This document shows, in pieces, positions 46,998 through 57,308 of a stretch of 64,000 bases of DNA. This stretch comes from a virus, in the IMG/VR virus record IMGVR_UViG_3300036832_001118, positions 23,761-87,760 of that record; one strand, written 5' to 3'. The first letter of the stretch is position 1. Each line of letters starts with the position of its first letter. The notes beneath the pieces were generated by a model that was given only the letters and a program-made list of their open reading frames with translations, was not told where the DNA came from and did no database searches. The position numbers and the translations under genes were made by a program.

Positions 46998-47495
46998 GGG
47001 GCCACCCTGCTCAGAAGAGAAGGGACCGGCCCCCGCCGGTTTGTCAGCAAAAGCTCTAGGTTGCTATTGAGCGAGGGCCGGGCACGAGCATCAGTCGCGA
47101 TGCCCGTGCCCGGTTTACTTCACACCATGTCAAGGAGATGTCAAGGAGCTTTTCGAGCGCGCAAAATTTGCTTGCCGCAGGTCTCGGCATTCGTCAGGTA
47201 TTCGTTAAGACCGGCGCCGCCGCCGAATTGCGCGGCGATCTGTGCGCCCAGGCACCCAAGGATCATCGCTTCCCGCATTTGCTCGGCGGAGGCGAGGCTC
47301 CCCCTGCGCCGAACGCGCTCAGTGCGCAACTGAACCACGGTATCTTTCTGCAGGGCGGCAGCCGGATCGGCCATTGGGTACTCTCCCTGACACGTTCTTA
47401 TATCTTTTGGTAAGGTACGGCGCTGTCATACTCAAGGGGGACTCGGCCATATTTACGTTATAATGATGTAACGATTTTGCCCAAAATGGGCAAAC

Positions 47496-47936
47496 TTAAT
47501 GGTGCAAGGCGGATAATGTCTTGCTGGCCTTATGGATATTGGCCTCGATGGTGGCGAAATCTGCCGCCGCTGGTGCCGCTTTTGCAACCTTGTCGCTGAG
47601 CCAAAATCCGCTCCCCTCGCGCGCTAGATAGCCGACCTTCTTCATCTTTTCCATGCGTCGCTGCGCGGTCTGCCGCGCAATGCCGAGCTGCACCTCAATG
47701 TCCCGCGCCGTGGTCAGCTTGTTCTGATTATGATTGGCGATAACGATGGCCGAAATGGCCACCATATCACGCGCGATCCGGTTCTTAATACCCAACGCGC
47801 GCCAAGGCTTGCGGAAAAGTGTATCCAGCGTCTGGTAAAGAGCCGCCACTTCGCCGCGCCATGCGCTATTGACGATCTCTCGCACGGCTGTCGCTCCGAC
47901 GCCGATATGTCTTTCGATATCATGCGCGCGTGTCAC
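47496..47936 (-). CDS. Winged-HTH protein
   Basis: TARDIEVQLGIARQTAQRRMEKMKKVGYL.REG..FWLS. Confidence 0.65.
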   Translation of the reverse strand: MTRAHDIERHIGVGATAVREIVNSAWRGEVAALYQTLDTLFRKPWRALGIKNRIARDMVAISAIVIANHNQNKLTTARDIEVQLGIARQTAQRRMEKMKKVGYLAREGSGFWLSDKVAKAAPAAADFATIEANIHKASKTLSALHH

Positions 47937-48043
47937 AAAAGCTTCAAGACAGATGATGACGATGGCCGCTCAAAAAAGCGCCACATTTTTTTTGCCGCCG
48001 GCATATTTGCCAGTTTTCGGCAACCGTTGTTTTAGGCAACCGT

Positions 48044-48463
48044 TTATTTTTTCCGCTTCGATTGCAATTCCTTAGCCGCATCGATGACGAGCTTGGTGGC
48101 CTTGTCATAGGCGCTGCGCGGCATCACCGGCATTTTCGCCGTGCGCCGAGAGAGCCAATAGTGTGATCCCGCGCGCTCCACCCAGCCGACGCGGACTAAA
48201 TCGTCGAGGATACGCTGCACCGTCATGCGCGCAAGACCGCTGTGCTTGCCAATCTCATGTGCGGTAGCCGTCTCGCCCTTGAGGTGGCAGGCGATGACAC
48301 GCTGAAAGACGTGACGCATTTCCAAGACATAACGCGCCTCGAATTGGCCAAGCGTCGTGCGAAACAGCTCATCCAATCCCAGCATAAGGGTTGTGAACAC
48401 GCGCCGCTGCTTGGCGCGCCTCAGACGCGGCAGACGGTCTGCACGCTTGGTTCTTTTTGTCAC
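48044..48463 (-). CDS. Winged-HTH protein (paralogue of the neighbour)
   Basis: TAHEIGKHSGLARMTVQRILDDLVRVGWVER.G..YWLS. Confidence 0.65.
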   Translation of the reverse strand: MTKRTKRADRLPRLRRAKQRRVFTTLMLGLDELFRTTLGQFEARYVLEMRHVFQRVIACHLKGETATAHEIGKHSGLARMTVQRILDDLVRVGWVERAGSHYWLSRRTAKMPVMPRSAYDKATKLVIDAAKELQSKRKK

Positions 48464-48552
48464 GGTAACCCCAAAAAAAAGAAAGTCCGCAATCCTATAC
48501 GCAACGCAACGTGACGTAATATATCTGCAAGTATCTGATTCGCTTCACTTCC

Positions 48553-49221
48553 TCAAAGGGAAAAGTTGGTGCGACGGCGGATGGAATACACCACAGGTCC
48601 GATAATGTGGATGGCTCTGGCGGAAATATTTTGATCCTCGCCTTGACGACAATTCACCAACAAGGATCCGTCCTCGCCCCGGCGTAACTTCGCGAGCATG
48701 TACTTTTTTTCGAAGATTGCGCCGTAATAGCCGTCTGTGCTGAAGCGGTTGGCGGCGCGATCGAGAATGACAATATCTCCACGCCTGAATTCTGGTGGGA
48801 GTGCTTCGCCAACGCGGACTGCAATCAGCTTATCAGGCTCCGCGCCGAGACGTTGGACATCGGAGGCTGGCACCGCCCATTCACGCCGTGTTCGATAATA
48901 TCGCCATTCGATTTCATCATCGGGGTCGCCCCGACGCAGCCGCACATTGAGGTTCGCGTGATCCTCGAGATCCATCTCTGGCACCCAGAGCGGGACCTCT
49001 GCCCAGAGCGGCGCAGGCCCGGCGGCGAAGCGCAACCATCCTGGTGTCGTCGCCAGAAGTTGCGCGATCTGCTCGATCTTTGCTGGAGGTATGTCGATCT
49101 GACCCAACTCCATTTGGCTGAGCGCTTGCCGGCTGATGCCGAGATGCTTGGAGAGGGCGTAGGCCGAGAGACGTGCGATCTCACGCGCCTGTCGCAATCG
49201 CATTCCTGGAGTGGCTTTCAT
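48553..49221 (-). CDS. CI-like repressor (XRE HTH plus degenerate S24-like domain)
   Basis: RLRQARE...LS...L...LGISRQALSQME...IA..L.TTPGWL.F; C-terminal GDIVILD...DGYY...IIGPVV. Confidence 0.8.
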   Translation of the reverse strand: MKATPGMRLRQAREIARLSAYALSKHLGISRQALSQMELGQIDIPPAKIEQIAQLLATTPGWLRFAAGPAPLWAEVPLWVPEMDLEDHANLNVRLRRGDPDDEIEWRYYRTRREWAVPASDVQRLGAEPDKLIAVRVGEALPPEFRRGDIVILDRAANRFSTDGYYGAIFEKKYMLAKLRRGEDGSLLVNCRQGEDQNISARAIHIIGPVVYSIRRRTNFSL

Positions 49222-49307
49222 GTGTTGGCTGGCCCCGCTAAGGTTACTTGACATAGCGTCAAGGGAGCCGCATCTTTCGTCGCCAAATTGGAAGGGGGCT
49301 ATTTGCC

Positions 49308-49622
49308 GTGCCAGGCCAGCCCGACTGGGACAAGCTAAATCGCGAGGCGGTGCTGGAGGTGCGCCGCCTGTCGGCTTTGAAGTTAGCGAAGCCGGGCCAG
49401 GGGCCTGACCAGGGTCTCGCAACCTTGGCCAGGCGGTTGAACATCAGCCGACAGGCAATCGCGCTTTGGGAGGCTCGTGTTCCAGAAGCCCATGTGCCCG
49501 CGATCAAGCGCATCCTCGGCATTCCCCAGTACAAATTGCGCGGCGACAAGTGGAAGCCGTCGCGTAAGGCCAATGGCAACGCGCCCAAAATGGCCAAGCC
49601 CAGGTTAAAGCAAATTCCTTAA
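49308..49622 (+). CDS. Cro-like regulator
   Basis: LARRLNISRQAIALW..RVP......I....GIP...LR.D; divergent from CI and sharing the ISRQA recognition helix. Confidence 0.75.
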   Translation: MPGQPDWDKLNREAVLEVRRLSALKLAKPGQGPDQGLATLARRLNISRQAIALWEARVPEAHVPAIKRILGIPQYKLRGDKWKPSRKANGNAPKMAKPRLKQIP

Positions 49623-50168
49623 CACCATGTCAAGGCCAACTTGACATGGGGTGTGAGGAAACCGTGATCCGGTCGTGATTTAGGGGAGGTTTCCCGGTGA
49701 GTCCGCCGAACTTTCACAAGACCTTTCGCTTCGTCAGGCACTGCGACGCCGATGCCTATTGCAAGCTCGGCTGGTGCCCGACCCGCGCTTTGACGGGCAC
49801 CTATTACGAGCAGTTCAGCGTCCTGTTCGTCTGGATGTGTGATTGCCCGTCTCCGCAACCGAACGGAACGTCAGCATGACTATACGCGAGCAAATCAGCG
49901 ACATGATCGATCGGTTGGACGCAAACGGGCACGGCAACCTGGTCGCCGACTCCGCACCGTGCTGGATACTGCTCAACGAGGACAGCGATATCCGCGCCAT
50001 GGTGTTTTATCTCAGCGATGACACTGGCGAGGTCTGGGTCGTCGTCCCTGCAGATGCGGACCAGTCGTATCATCTGAGCCGCAAAGATGCCGCGGATCTG
50101 ATCACTGGGCAGCAGCAGAATAGTTTCAACTTTGCCCGGTTTCGACAGTCGCGCGCGAGGGCCCTGCA

Positions 50169-50633
50169 ATGACGGTGCTCGCGCAAAAGGATCTGTTCTC
50201 GAACCGCTACCGCAAGGTGCCTGCGCTCAACCCGCTTGAATACAAGATGCAAATCGCGCTGGCTGAGTTGCTGCGTTTGCTGGGACGCAAAGGTGTCGAC
50301 TGGTGGCACACGCCCAACGGCGAGCTGCGCAACAAGCGGCACGCAGCCAAGCTCAAGGCCATGGGGGTGCGGCCAGGGGTGGCTGATTTTTTCTTCACCT
50401 GGGGCGAGCCGGTGTCGGTCGCGGCCGAGCCGCAGGTGCGCATCTTTCCGCAAAACCTATTCCTGGAACTCAAGCGGCGCGGCGAGCATCTGAGCCCCGA
50501 TCAAGAGCAGTTTCGCGACAGCGTGACGGTCAAGGGCTCGTTCTACGAGGTCGCCGACAACATTGACGACGCGATTGCCATCCTTAAGCGGTACCACATC
50601 CTGCGCTCAACAACTCAAGGGATCTCGGCATGA
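50169..50633 (+). CDS. VRR-NUC family nuclease
   Basis: E...Q, WWHTPNG, KAMGV..GVAD, FLELK....LS..Q..F. Confidence 0.8.
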   Translation: MTVLAQKDLFSNRYRKVPALNPLEYKMQIALAELLRLLGRKGVDWWHTPNGELRNKRHAAKLKAMGVRPGVADFFFTWGEPVSVAAEPQVRIFPQNLFLELKRRGEHLSPDQEQFRDSVTVKGSFYEVADNIDDAIAILKRYHILRSTTQGISA

Positions 50634-51232
50634 CGGTGTGGACTGACACTGAGGGCGAAATATTGCCCGGCAAATGGAATCCCTTGGAAGACGGGCCGAT
50701 GCTGGACCACATTCCGTCGCGCTGGGACAGCCCGCATGTGATCCAGCGCTATACCGAAGCGCTGGGCTTGCTCAAGCATACGCCGCTGGGCCGCATCTAC
50801 CCGAAATTACCACAGACCTGTTGGCCCGCCTGGGAGCGTGAATGGGACGCGCTGATGGCGCGCTGTCACGATATCGAGGCGATGTCGTCCGAGGGCAAGG
50901 TCAGCGACGAATTGTACACGGCTTATAAAACCTGGGAGACCGACGCCAACTGGTCGCGGCACGATCCGCCGACCGCGCAGCAGATCAAGGAAATGGATCA
51001 TGCCTTGAGTTGGCCCGCCCGCTATTTGCTGCCATATCGGCAGCGGCTACTGGTGGCGTTTTTGTGCCTGTGCGATGGCAACGCCAAGGGCATCGAGCCG
51101 CGCCGCGTCTATCGCAATAGCCAAGCATCACGCAGCGTTCGCCTCAATCATCGCGACATTTCCTCACTTGCGCGCGCTGGCGGTGCGATCATCGCACGCG
51201 GGCTCAACGACGACAACGTGGGAGTCTTCTGA
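50630..51232 (+). CDS. Hypothetical protein (possible late-gene regulator)
   Basis: W....V..R..EA..., PTA.QI..M..AL.W motif; position typical of late regulators (inference). Confidence 0.5.
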   Translation: MTVWTDTEGEILPGKWNPLEDGPMLDHIPSRWDSPHVIQRYTEALGLLKHTPLGRIYPKLPQTCWPAWEREWDALMARCHDIEAMSSEGKVSDELYTAYKTWETDANWSRHDPPTAQQIKEMDHALSWPARYLLPYRQRLLVAFLCLCDGNAKGIEPRRVYRNSQASRSVRLNHRDISSLARAGGAIIARGLNDDNVGVF

Positions 51233-51443
51233 TGCACGAGCACGCGCCCCTCATCGCCTGCGCGGTTTCGTTTACCTGGTGCAACGACTGCAAATGCGTC
51301 CACGTCGGTTTATTTGATGAGGATCGGGAAATGATCGGCATCGGCAGTATCGGTGATATTGACCTGCTGATCAGCATGTTGCAGCAGGCCAAAGGCATGA
51401 ACAAGGACTGGATGCTGGTCGGCGAGAAGCCACTGCGAATGCA

Positions 51444-52070
51444 ATGATTATACTGCCTGACCAAGCCGCGGCTGACTACCTGCGCGCGATCGGCGCGGCG
51501 GCAGTCTATGTCTTGGCCGATCCGTGGGGGTTGAGCCGCACCGGTGCCGCCCAGAATTTGCAGCGCACATTCGACGCCTGGGAGCAGCAGCATTTTGAGC
51601 CCAAATGGATCGGCTGGGTAGGAAGCCTTGAGTTGGCCCAATGGCTCGCCGACGCACCGCGCAAGTTCAAACAAAAGCACGGCAACATCAGCGTGCTGAC
51701 CTGGGAGCAGGTGGTATTGGTCATTCGTGGCGTGGCGACAGTATCCGATCCATCCACATCAGAATATGCTCCGCTGTACCCAATCACCGATCACGAGACC
51801 GCCATCAAGAACGCGGCGCAGATGGCGCAGCGGGTGCGCATCAATATGGATGTGCTCAAGCAAAACGGTGCGCTACACCCGTTCAATGCGGCGTACAAGA
51901 AATACAATGAGGAGCGCCGCGCCAGGCGCGAGCGCGCGGTCAATTATAAGGTCTTTGAGGCCGAGCTGAGCAATAGCGTGGCCTGTATTCTTGCTTCCGG
52001 CGCCGAGCCACTGAGCGGGACCGTGCTGGCAGATATGCGACGGAAGTTTCCTTTCCTGAACAATGGTTGA
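51444..52070 (+). CDS. Hypothetical protein
   Basis: ATGA coupling with the upstream 51232..51447 ORF. Confidence 0.55.
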   Translation: MIILPDQAAADYLRAIGAAAVYVLADPWGLSRTGAAQNLQRTFDAWEQQHFEPKWIGWVGSLELAQWLADAPRKFKQKHGNISVLTWEQVVLVIRGVATVSDPSTSEYAPLYPITDHETAIKNAAQMAQRVRINMDVLKQNGALHPFNAAYKKYNEERRARRERAVNYKVFEAELSNSVACILASGAEPLSGTVLADMRRKFPFLNNG

Positions 52071-52088
52071 GCGGAAAGGCGGTGGCGC

Positions 52089-54248
52089 GTGCCCGACACT
52101 GCCGATTTTGTTGCGCTCATGGAACCGGTGGCGCTGCATCTCTTGGGTGAGCCTAATCGGCGCCTCTCAAGCGATACCGAGCTGCGCTTTGGCACCCATG
52201 GCTCGTTGTCGGTCGATCTGACCAAGGGCACTTGGTACGACCATGAGATCGGCAAAGGCGGTGGAGTGGTCGATCTCGTTCGTCATATTAAAGGCTTTCA
52301 GACCGTAGCCTGCATGCAATGGATTGATGAATTCCGCGAACGCGAGGGCAACGGTCAAGCGCCGCCTGTGCGCAAAAGCAATGGCGCACATCAGCCACAA
52401 CAGCCGCAGCCGCAACGGTCATCGCCGGGGCGTGAGGTCGAGCACTACAATTATCTCGATGAGGCGGGCAGTCTGCTTTACCAGGTGGTGCGCTATGCCG
52501 AGCCGAAGACGTTTCGCCAGCGTCGTCCCGACGGCAATGGCGGCTGGATTTGGAATATGCATGGCGTGCGCCAGGTGCCCTATCGGATGGCAGAGCTGAG
52601 CGAGGCCTTGGCCAACGAACACACGGTGTTCGTTGTTGAGGGCGAAAAGGACGTCAACACCATGTGGGCCAATGGCCTGCCGGCAACCTGCAATGCCATG
52701 GGAGCGGGAAGTTGGTCGGACACGCTGTGTCCGTTCTTTCGCGACGCCGACGTGGTGGTCATTGCCGACAATGACCCGCAGACCAAGAACGCCAAGGGCG
52801 AGCCGCTGTGTCATCAGGATGGTCGGCCCAAGCGTCCCGGCCAGGACCATGCGCATGCGGTGGCGGCGCAGCTGAGCGACAGCATTGCGCGCCGGGTGCG
52901 ACTGCTCGATCTCGGCCAAGTGTGGGCGCAATGCCCGGAGAAGGGCGATATCAGCGATTGGTTTGAGGCTGGGCTCAAGCCCGGCGATCTGTGGCAGATC
53001 GTCGAGCAGCTGCCGGAGTGGTCGCCGGAACCGCCACCCGCAGCACCTGCGATCGAGGTCGAATACGCCTTCCCGGTCAATGAAAAGGATATTCCGCCGC
53101 GCGATTGGGAGGTGCCTGGGTTGCTGATGCGCAAGCAGGTGACCGTCCTGGTGGCGCCATCCGGGTCGGGCAAGAGCCTGCTGACAATTCAGCTGGCGCT
53201 CGGATTTGCTGACGCTCAGCCGTGGGCCAATTGGCGGCCGCGCGCCAAGCTGCGCGTGCTGATGGTCAACAGCGAGGACGATATCCTGGAACAGCGCCGC
53301 CGCTTTGCCGCAGCATTGCGGGTGATGCAGGTCGATCGCGATGGCATCGCCGATAAGGTGATCCTGGCTGACAGCTCGCACGGCATCATCATTGCCAAGT
53401 TTCATTCCAGCACCAAGACCATGGTGGCGACGCCATTGTTGGAACGGCTGATAGAGACGGTCAAGCGGCATCAGGTGGATTGGATTTGTGTTGATCCATT
53501 TGCCGAGACGTTTGAGGGCGAGGAGAACAACAACGAACTGAAGTGGGCGGCAATTCTGTGGCGCGAGGTGGCGCGTCGCTGCAATGTTGCTGTCATTCTA
53601 GTGCATCACACCAAGAAGTATGCGCATGACATGGCGGGCGATGTCGATGCCGCGCGTGGCGCATCGGCCCTGATCGGGGTCGCCCGCATTGTCTCAACGC
53701 TGTTCGGCATGTCCAAGACCGAGGCGCAGGCCATGGGCGTCAAGGAGGAGGACCGTCACGACTATTTACGTTATGACGATGCTAAGGCTAATCTGAACAA
53801 GAAGTCGCCATTCGCCAAGTGGTTCAAGAAAATATCGATCACTCTGGATAATGCCCGCGGTGACATTCCCGGCGACGAGGTCGGGGCGCTCGAGCCCTGG
53901 ACGCCGCCCGGTCTGATGGATGGGATCACCGATGTCGACATTACCAACTTCATGCACCGGGTTGACCAAGGATTGTTGGATCAAAACGGTGTGCCGACCG
54001 GTGAACTCTACACGTGTTCGACCCGAAGGGACGATGACTACGAAGTCTTCCGCTGGGTCGGCGAGTTGGTCAAAGAATTCTTCAAGATCGATGAAAATGG
54101 TCGCGCGTCGCAGATGATCAAGGCGTGGCGTGAGGCCAATCCGCCGCGTCTGATCGAAACCAAATATCGGTCAAAGAAACAGCGCAAGCTACGCGGCTGC
54201 GTGCATTCCGATTTATGGGAACCGCCGAAGAGTGAGACTGACGCGTAA
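52089..54248 (+). CDS. Primase-helicase (TOPRIM plus RecA-type AAA_25 helicase)
   Basis: VFVVEGEKDV, ADND, KGDISDW; Walker A APSGSGKS; ICVDP; LVHHTKK; ARGASAL. Confidence 0.9.
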   Translation: MPDTADFVALMEPVALHLLGEPNRRLSSDTELRFGTHGSLSVDLTKGTWYDHEIGKGGGVVDLVRHIKGFQTVACMQWIDEFREREGNGQAPPVRKSNGAHQPQQPQPQRSSPGREVEHYNYLDEAGSLLYQVVRYAEPKTFRQRRPDGNGGWIWNMHGVRQVPYRMAELSEALANEHTVFVVEGEKDVNTMWANGLPATCNAMGAGSWSDTLCPFFRDADVVVIADNDPQTKNAKGEPLCHQDGRPKRPGQDHAHAVAAQLSDSIARRVRLLDLGQVWAQCPEKGDISDWFEAGLKPGDLWQIVEQLPEWSPEPPPAAPAIEVEYAFPVNEKDIPPRDWEVPGLLMRKQVTVLVAPSGSGKSLLTIQLALGFADAQPWANWRPRAKLRVLMVNSEDDILEQRRRFAAALRVMQVDRDGIADKVILADSSHGIIIAKFHSSTKTMVATPLLERLIETVKRHQVDWICVDPFAETFEGEENNNELKWAAILWREVARRCNVAVILVHHTKKYAHDMAGDVDAARGASALIGVARIVSTLFGMSKTEAQAMGVKEEDRHDYLRYDDAKANLNKKSPFAKWFKKISITLDNARGDIPGDEVGALEPWTPPGLMDGITDVDITNFMHRVDQGLLDQNGVPTGELYTCSTRRDDDYEVFRWVGELVKEFFKIDENGRASQMIKAWREANPPRLIETKYRSKKQRKLRGCVHSDLWEPPKSETDA

Positions 54249-54445
54249 TCCGGATACGAATATTAGCCTGTTCGTCGCTCATAGTTCTATCTCGAGATCG
54301 TCGTCAGTGAATATCAAGATGTGCACCGACTGAGCTATTCTCCGATCTGACCAGTCCGGATGAGCCTTAAGCATGCGACCGATAGCCTCTCGCTTGCTTT
54401 TGTTCTGCATCGCGGGCTCGGCCCTCTTCAATAGATCGCGCAGTT

Positions 54446-54763
54446 TCATTTGATGTTCCCGCTCTTGATCAGGTAGCGACCGATGGCCTCGGCCACCAGC
54501 CCAACGATGTGCTCCTGCTTTGTGTTACGATTGATGGTGACGCCAGCGAGCACCTTGTTGTCTATCGTTTGCCGTTCCTGAGAATATTCTGATCTGGGAT
54601 GGTCGCTGACGCGCAGCGTGCCGACTCTGCGAGAAAACTTATAGTACCGACTGCTGCCAATAATACTGACGTAATTTAACCGAAAGCCAGCCTTGACGAG
54701 CAGCGTTTCGGCTTCTGTCATAGCCTCGTCGATATCGATCACCTGCGTCAATAGCAGCACCAA
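54446..54763 (-). CDS. Hypothetical protein
   Basis: S.YY......LRVSDH motif. Confidence 0.5.
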   Translation of the reverse strand: MVLLLTQVIDIDEAMTEAETLLVKAGFRLNYVSIIGSSRYYKFSRRVGTLRVSDHPRSEYSQERQTIDNKVLAGVTINRNTKQEHIVGLVAEAIGRYLIKSGNIK

Positions 54764-55162
54764 ATCAGTAATCCCAGTTTAGATCGGCGCTCGATGGCTT
54801 GGCAGATCTAATTGCCCGCCCTATTCGTCGATGGAATGCGGTGGCCGCATCCAGAGACCAATCCTCAACCATACTGTAAGTTCGCGATCGGTTGGTAAGA
54901 TAAGAAAATTGAGCCACTACCCTAATGGGGTACGCATCATGCGGGCCGCGATAAAAGTTGAAATAATTAGATGCGATTTTGATTCTGGACAGCATCACCA
55001 ACTTCATCCGATTCTTGCTGTCGCGGTACTATCAGATCGGCGCGCGCACCGCAACGCGGACAGGCTGGCCATATGGTCGTGCTGCTGCGTTTGCCGCGCC
55101 AGCCGCAACGAACGCAGACTACGCGGATTTTTTCAGATCGCTTGTTGTGGCGTTTCATGAAA

Positions 55163-55513
55163 TTACTGCTTTTTTCGCGTCCTAACAAGCTTCGCGATGT
55201 GCTTGCTGGTGATAAATCCGGCCTCAAGTGCAGCGGCTTTGTTAAGAATAGCAGCTTGCGATTGTCCGTTCATCCAATATCCACCTGTATGCACATGTAT
55301 GGCAAAGCGGATCTGAACTTTGACTGCATCTCCTGATTTGGCACCAACTATACGGGCAAAGGATTCGCAAAATTCATCAAACGAATTGTTGATCCCGCGA
55401 CCGGGCGCAGGGGCGGATGGTGATTCCCATTCGGTCACGGCCCCAAACAGGACAATAAGCCGTTCGTAAAGATGCTTGCGCCCCACAGGCGTCCATATGT
55501 CTGGATCATGCAT
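55163..55513 (-). CDS. Hypothetical protein
   Basis: GGAG RBS; overlaps the end of the MTase gene. Confidence 0.55.
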   Translation of the reverse strand: MHDPDIWTPVGRKHLYERLIVLFGAVTEWESPSAPAPGRGINNSFDEFCESFARIVGAKSGDAVKVQIRFAIHVHTGGYWMNGQSQAAILNKAAALEAGFITSKHIAKLVRTRKKQ

Positions 55514-56399
55514 TTGTCATCTCCGGTTGGCGCACCCTTTGTCTTGACCATGAATCCGGTTCCGGCCGCACGATGAAGCCAATGCGTCCGAATTCATGCT
55601 TGAACGCATCGGGCTGCGGGCCGAAGTAGAAAAAGGCTTGGCCCTGTGTCGGTTGGGCTAAGCCGCCGTCGCAATCTTGGAACTTGATCCGACCTTGCGT
55701 GAAGCAGACGCAATCAGCCGCTGATATCGCGTCGTGAAACCACATCGCGTCGGTGAAATTGTGGGTCAGCGCAATGCAGGCGCTGACGCGATGGGAATTC
55801 CATTCACTGATCAGTTTGCTGATGAACTTGCCCATGGTCGGCTGTTGATACGGTGAATTGAGCCAGACCCGTCCGTACCACGGTTGATGCAACCCGTTTT
55901 GCTCTTTGTCGAAGTACTGCTTCGCCTTAACCGTCCGCTGCGCCTGCTCGCAGGATGCGGGGTCGAGATCGATATCGCCCAAAACCGCGCGTGCCCGCGA
56001 GATATATTCGAGCGGCGTATACCACTCATTGCGCCTGCGCGCGATCGTGCCGCGATACTTGGGACGAAACTGAAAGCTGATCAGTTGCCTGATCTCAGCG
56101 GCCCGCGCTAAATCCTCAACTGTGGCGCAGGGATTGGTGACGATCTCCTCAAGCTGGTTGGCCAGCTGCCAGTTTGCCGCCAGCCACTCGGCGCCTTGGA
56201 TCAGCGAGCGTGCTGCGGGCTCGTTAAAGCCGAGCACGTCCTCATGTGCTCTGATCCAGCTCTGCCATTGCTTGTGGCCAAGCGATTCCTTGCACTTGAT
56301 CAGCCCCTTGCCCGCCTCACTCAAATAAAACGGTCGGTCGTTGCTTGATGTCCTGGCCTTGCGGTAAAGAACACCGATGGCGATGGCAGCCTCGGACAT
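55506..56399 (-). CDS. Phage Dam-type N6-adenine DNA methyltransferase with a DUF3102-like N-terminus
   Basis: EWYTP, IDLDPAS, VWLNSPY, T.A.WF, GRIKF, PTQGQAFFYFG. Confidence 0.85.
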   Translation of the reverse strand: MSEAAIAIGVLYRKARTSSNDRPFYLSEAGKGLIKCKESLGHKQWQSWIRAHEDVLGFNEPAARSLIQGAEWLAANWQLANQLEEIVTNPCATVEDLARAAEIRQLISFQFRPKYRGTIARRRNEWYTPLEYISRARAVLGDIDLDPASCEQAQRTVKAKQYFDKEQNGLHQPWYGRVWLNSPYQQPTMGKFISKLISEWNSHRVSACIALTHNFTDAMWFHDAISAADCVCFTQGRIKFQDCDGGLAQPTQGQAFFYFGPQPDAFKHEFGRIGFIVRPEPDSWSRQRVRQPEMTNA

Positions 56400-56405
56400 G
56401 GCTGA

Positions 56406-57308
56406 TCACATCGTGGTATATGTTTCATTTAGTCGTGAAACATCAAGGCGTCCTGACTTGCCCGGATGTTTGTTGATGTTGTCAGCCAGCCAACGCGCTA
56501 TCTGCAGCGGCATGTCGCCAGGATGGATGCGCAACGCTTTGGCCCCAGTCTTGGCCCAGCGCGTCTTGACATGCTCGATAATCTCATCAGGCGGATGATT
56601 GATGAGTTGCTTGCGCACCGGCTCGTCGATCGGACGCGGCTGCGAGTCATAGAGAATCGCAATGCCAAACACCATGTAGCCGTAGACCCTATATCGGTCC
56701 TTCCAGCATTCCCTGATCGAGTTAAGCGATTTGACCATGACGCCATGCCTGGGGTCCATATCGAGCTGCCAGGCTTTTTCAACGTAGCTGGGCCCGCGCA
56801 AATTGCGCTTTCCCTTGCCGTTCAAGGTATAACCGCAAGCTTCGATGGCGGCCTCAAAGCCCTTGTCAGTGCCAGCCACGCCGTAAGAATGCAGCGCCGT
56901 CTCTTTTCGAATAAACTCCTTGAGGCGCCGCGAATTGGTCAAGGCGAACATCTGCGCCTCTTGAGCCTGACCGGTAGACTGAAACACCTTGCAGTCGACT
57001 TCGCGGTCTTTCTCACCGCGACGAACGAGGCCCTCCTTGCGGGTTACGCCGTCATAGATCCAGTAACTACCGTTAGGTCGTTGCGCGACAAGAAATACAT
57101 CAAGCCACGCCTCGTAAAATTCGTGCTCAATGTTATGGGCGATGCGCTCGCGCGGCCGGGTCTGATAAGACCAGTCGACCTCGAGCTCGCTGAGCTTCAG
57201 TCGAGTAATGATTCCTGATTGATGCAGGATCGGCGCAAGGAGCGCGGCTTCTTCAGGCGAAAGGATCGACTTTCGCTGCTTTCCCTTGCCGTTAAGTTTC
57301 GTCGCCAT
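56406..57308 (-). CDS. ParB-like (DUF6551-like) protein
   Basis: L.VD.SYQ.R......I...F......V..R.NG.YWIYDG.TR...EA..F...N; GAGGAGG RBS. Confidence 0.65.
   Translation of the reverse strand: MATKLNGKGKQRKSILSPEEAALLAPILHQSGIITRLKLSELEVDWSYQTRPRERIAHNIEHEFYEAWLDVFLVAQRPNGSYWIYDGVTRKEGLVRRGEKDREVDCKVFQSTGQAQEAQMFALTNSRRLKEFIRKETALHSYGVAGTDKGFEAAIEACGYTLNGKGKRNLRGPSYVEKAWQLDMDPRHGVMVKSLNSIRECWKDRYRVYGYMVFGIAILYDSQPRPIDEPVRKQLINHPPDEIIEHVKTRWAKTGAKALRIHPGDMPLQIARWLADNINKHPGKSGRLDVSRLNETYTTM

Noticed and set aside
42819-53471. Long opposite-strand ORFs (for example 42819..43580 and 52419..53471)
   Set aside because: These are shadow ORFs of the integrase and primase-helicase, expected in GC-rich DNA, with no motifs.
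54279-54449. 56-aa ORF with a partial HTH (HPDWSDRRIAQ)
   Set aside because: Appears to be a truncated fragment; too little support for a functional call.
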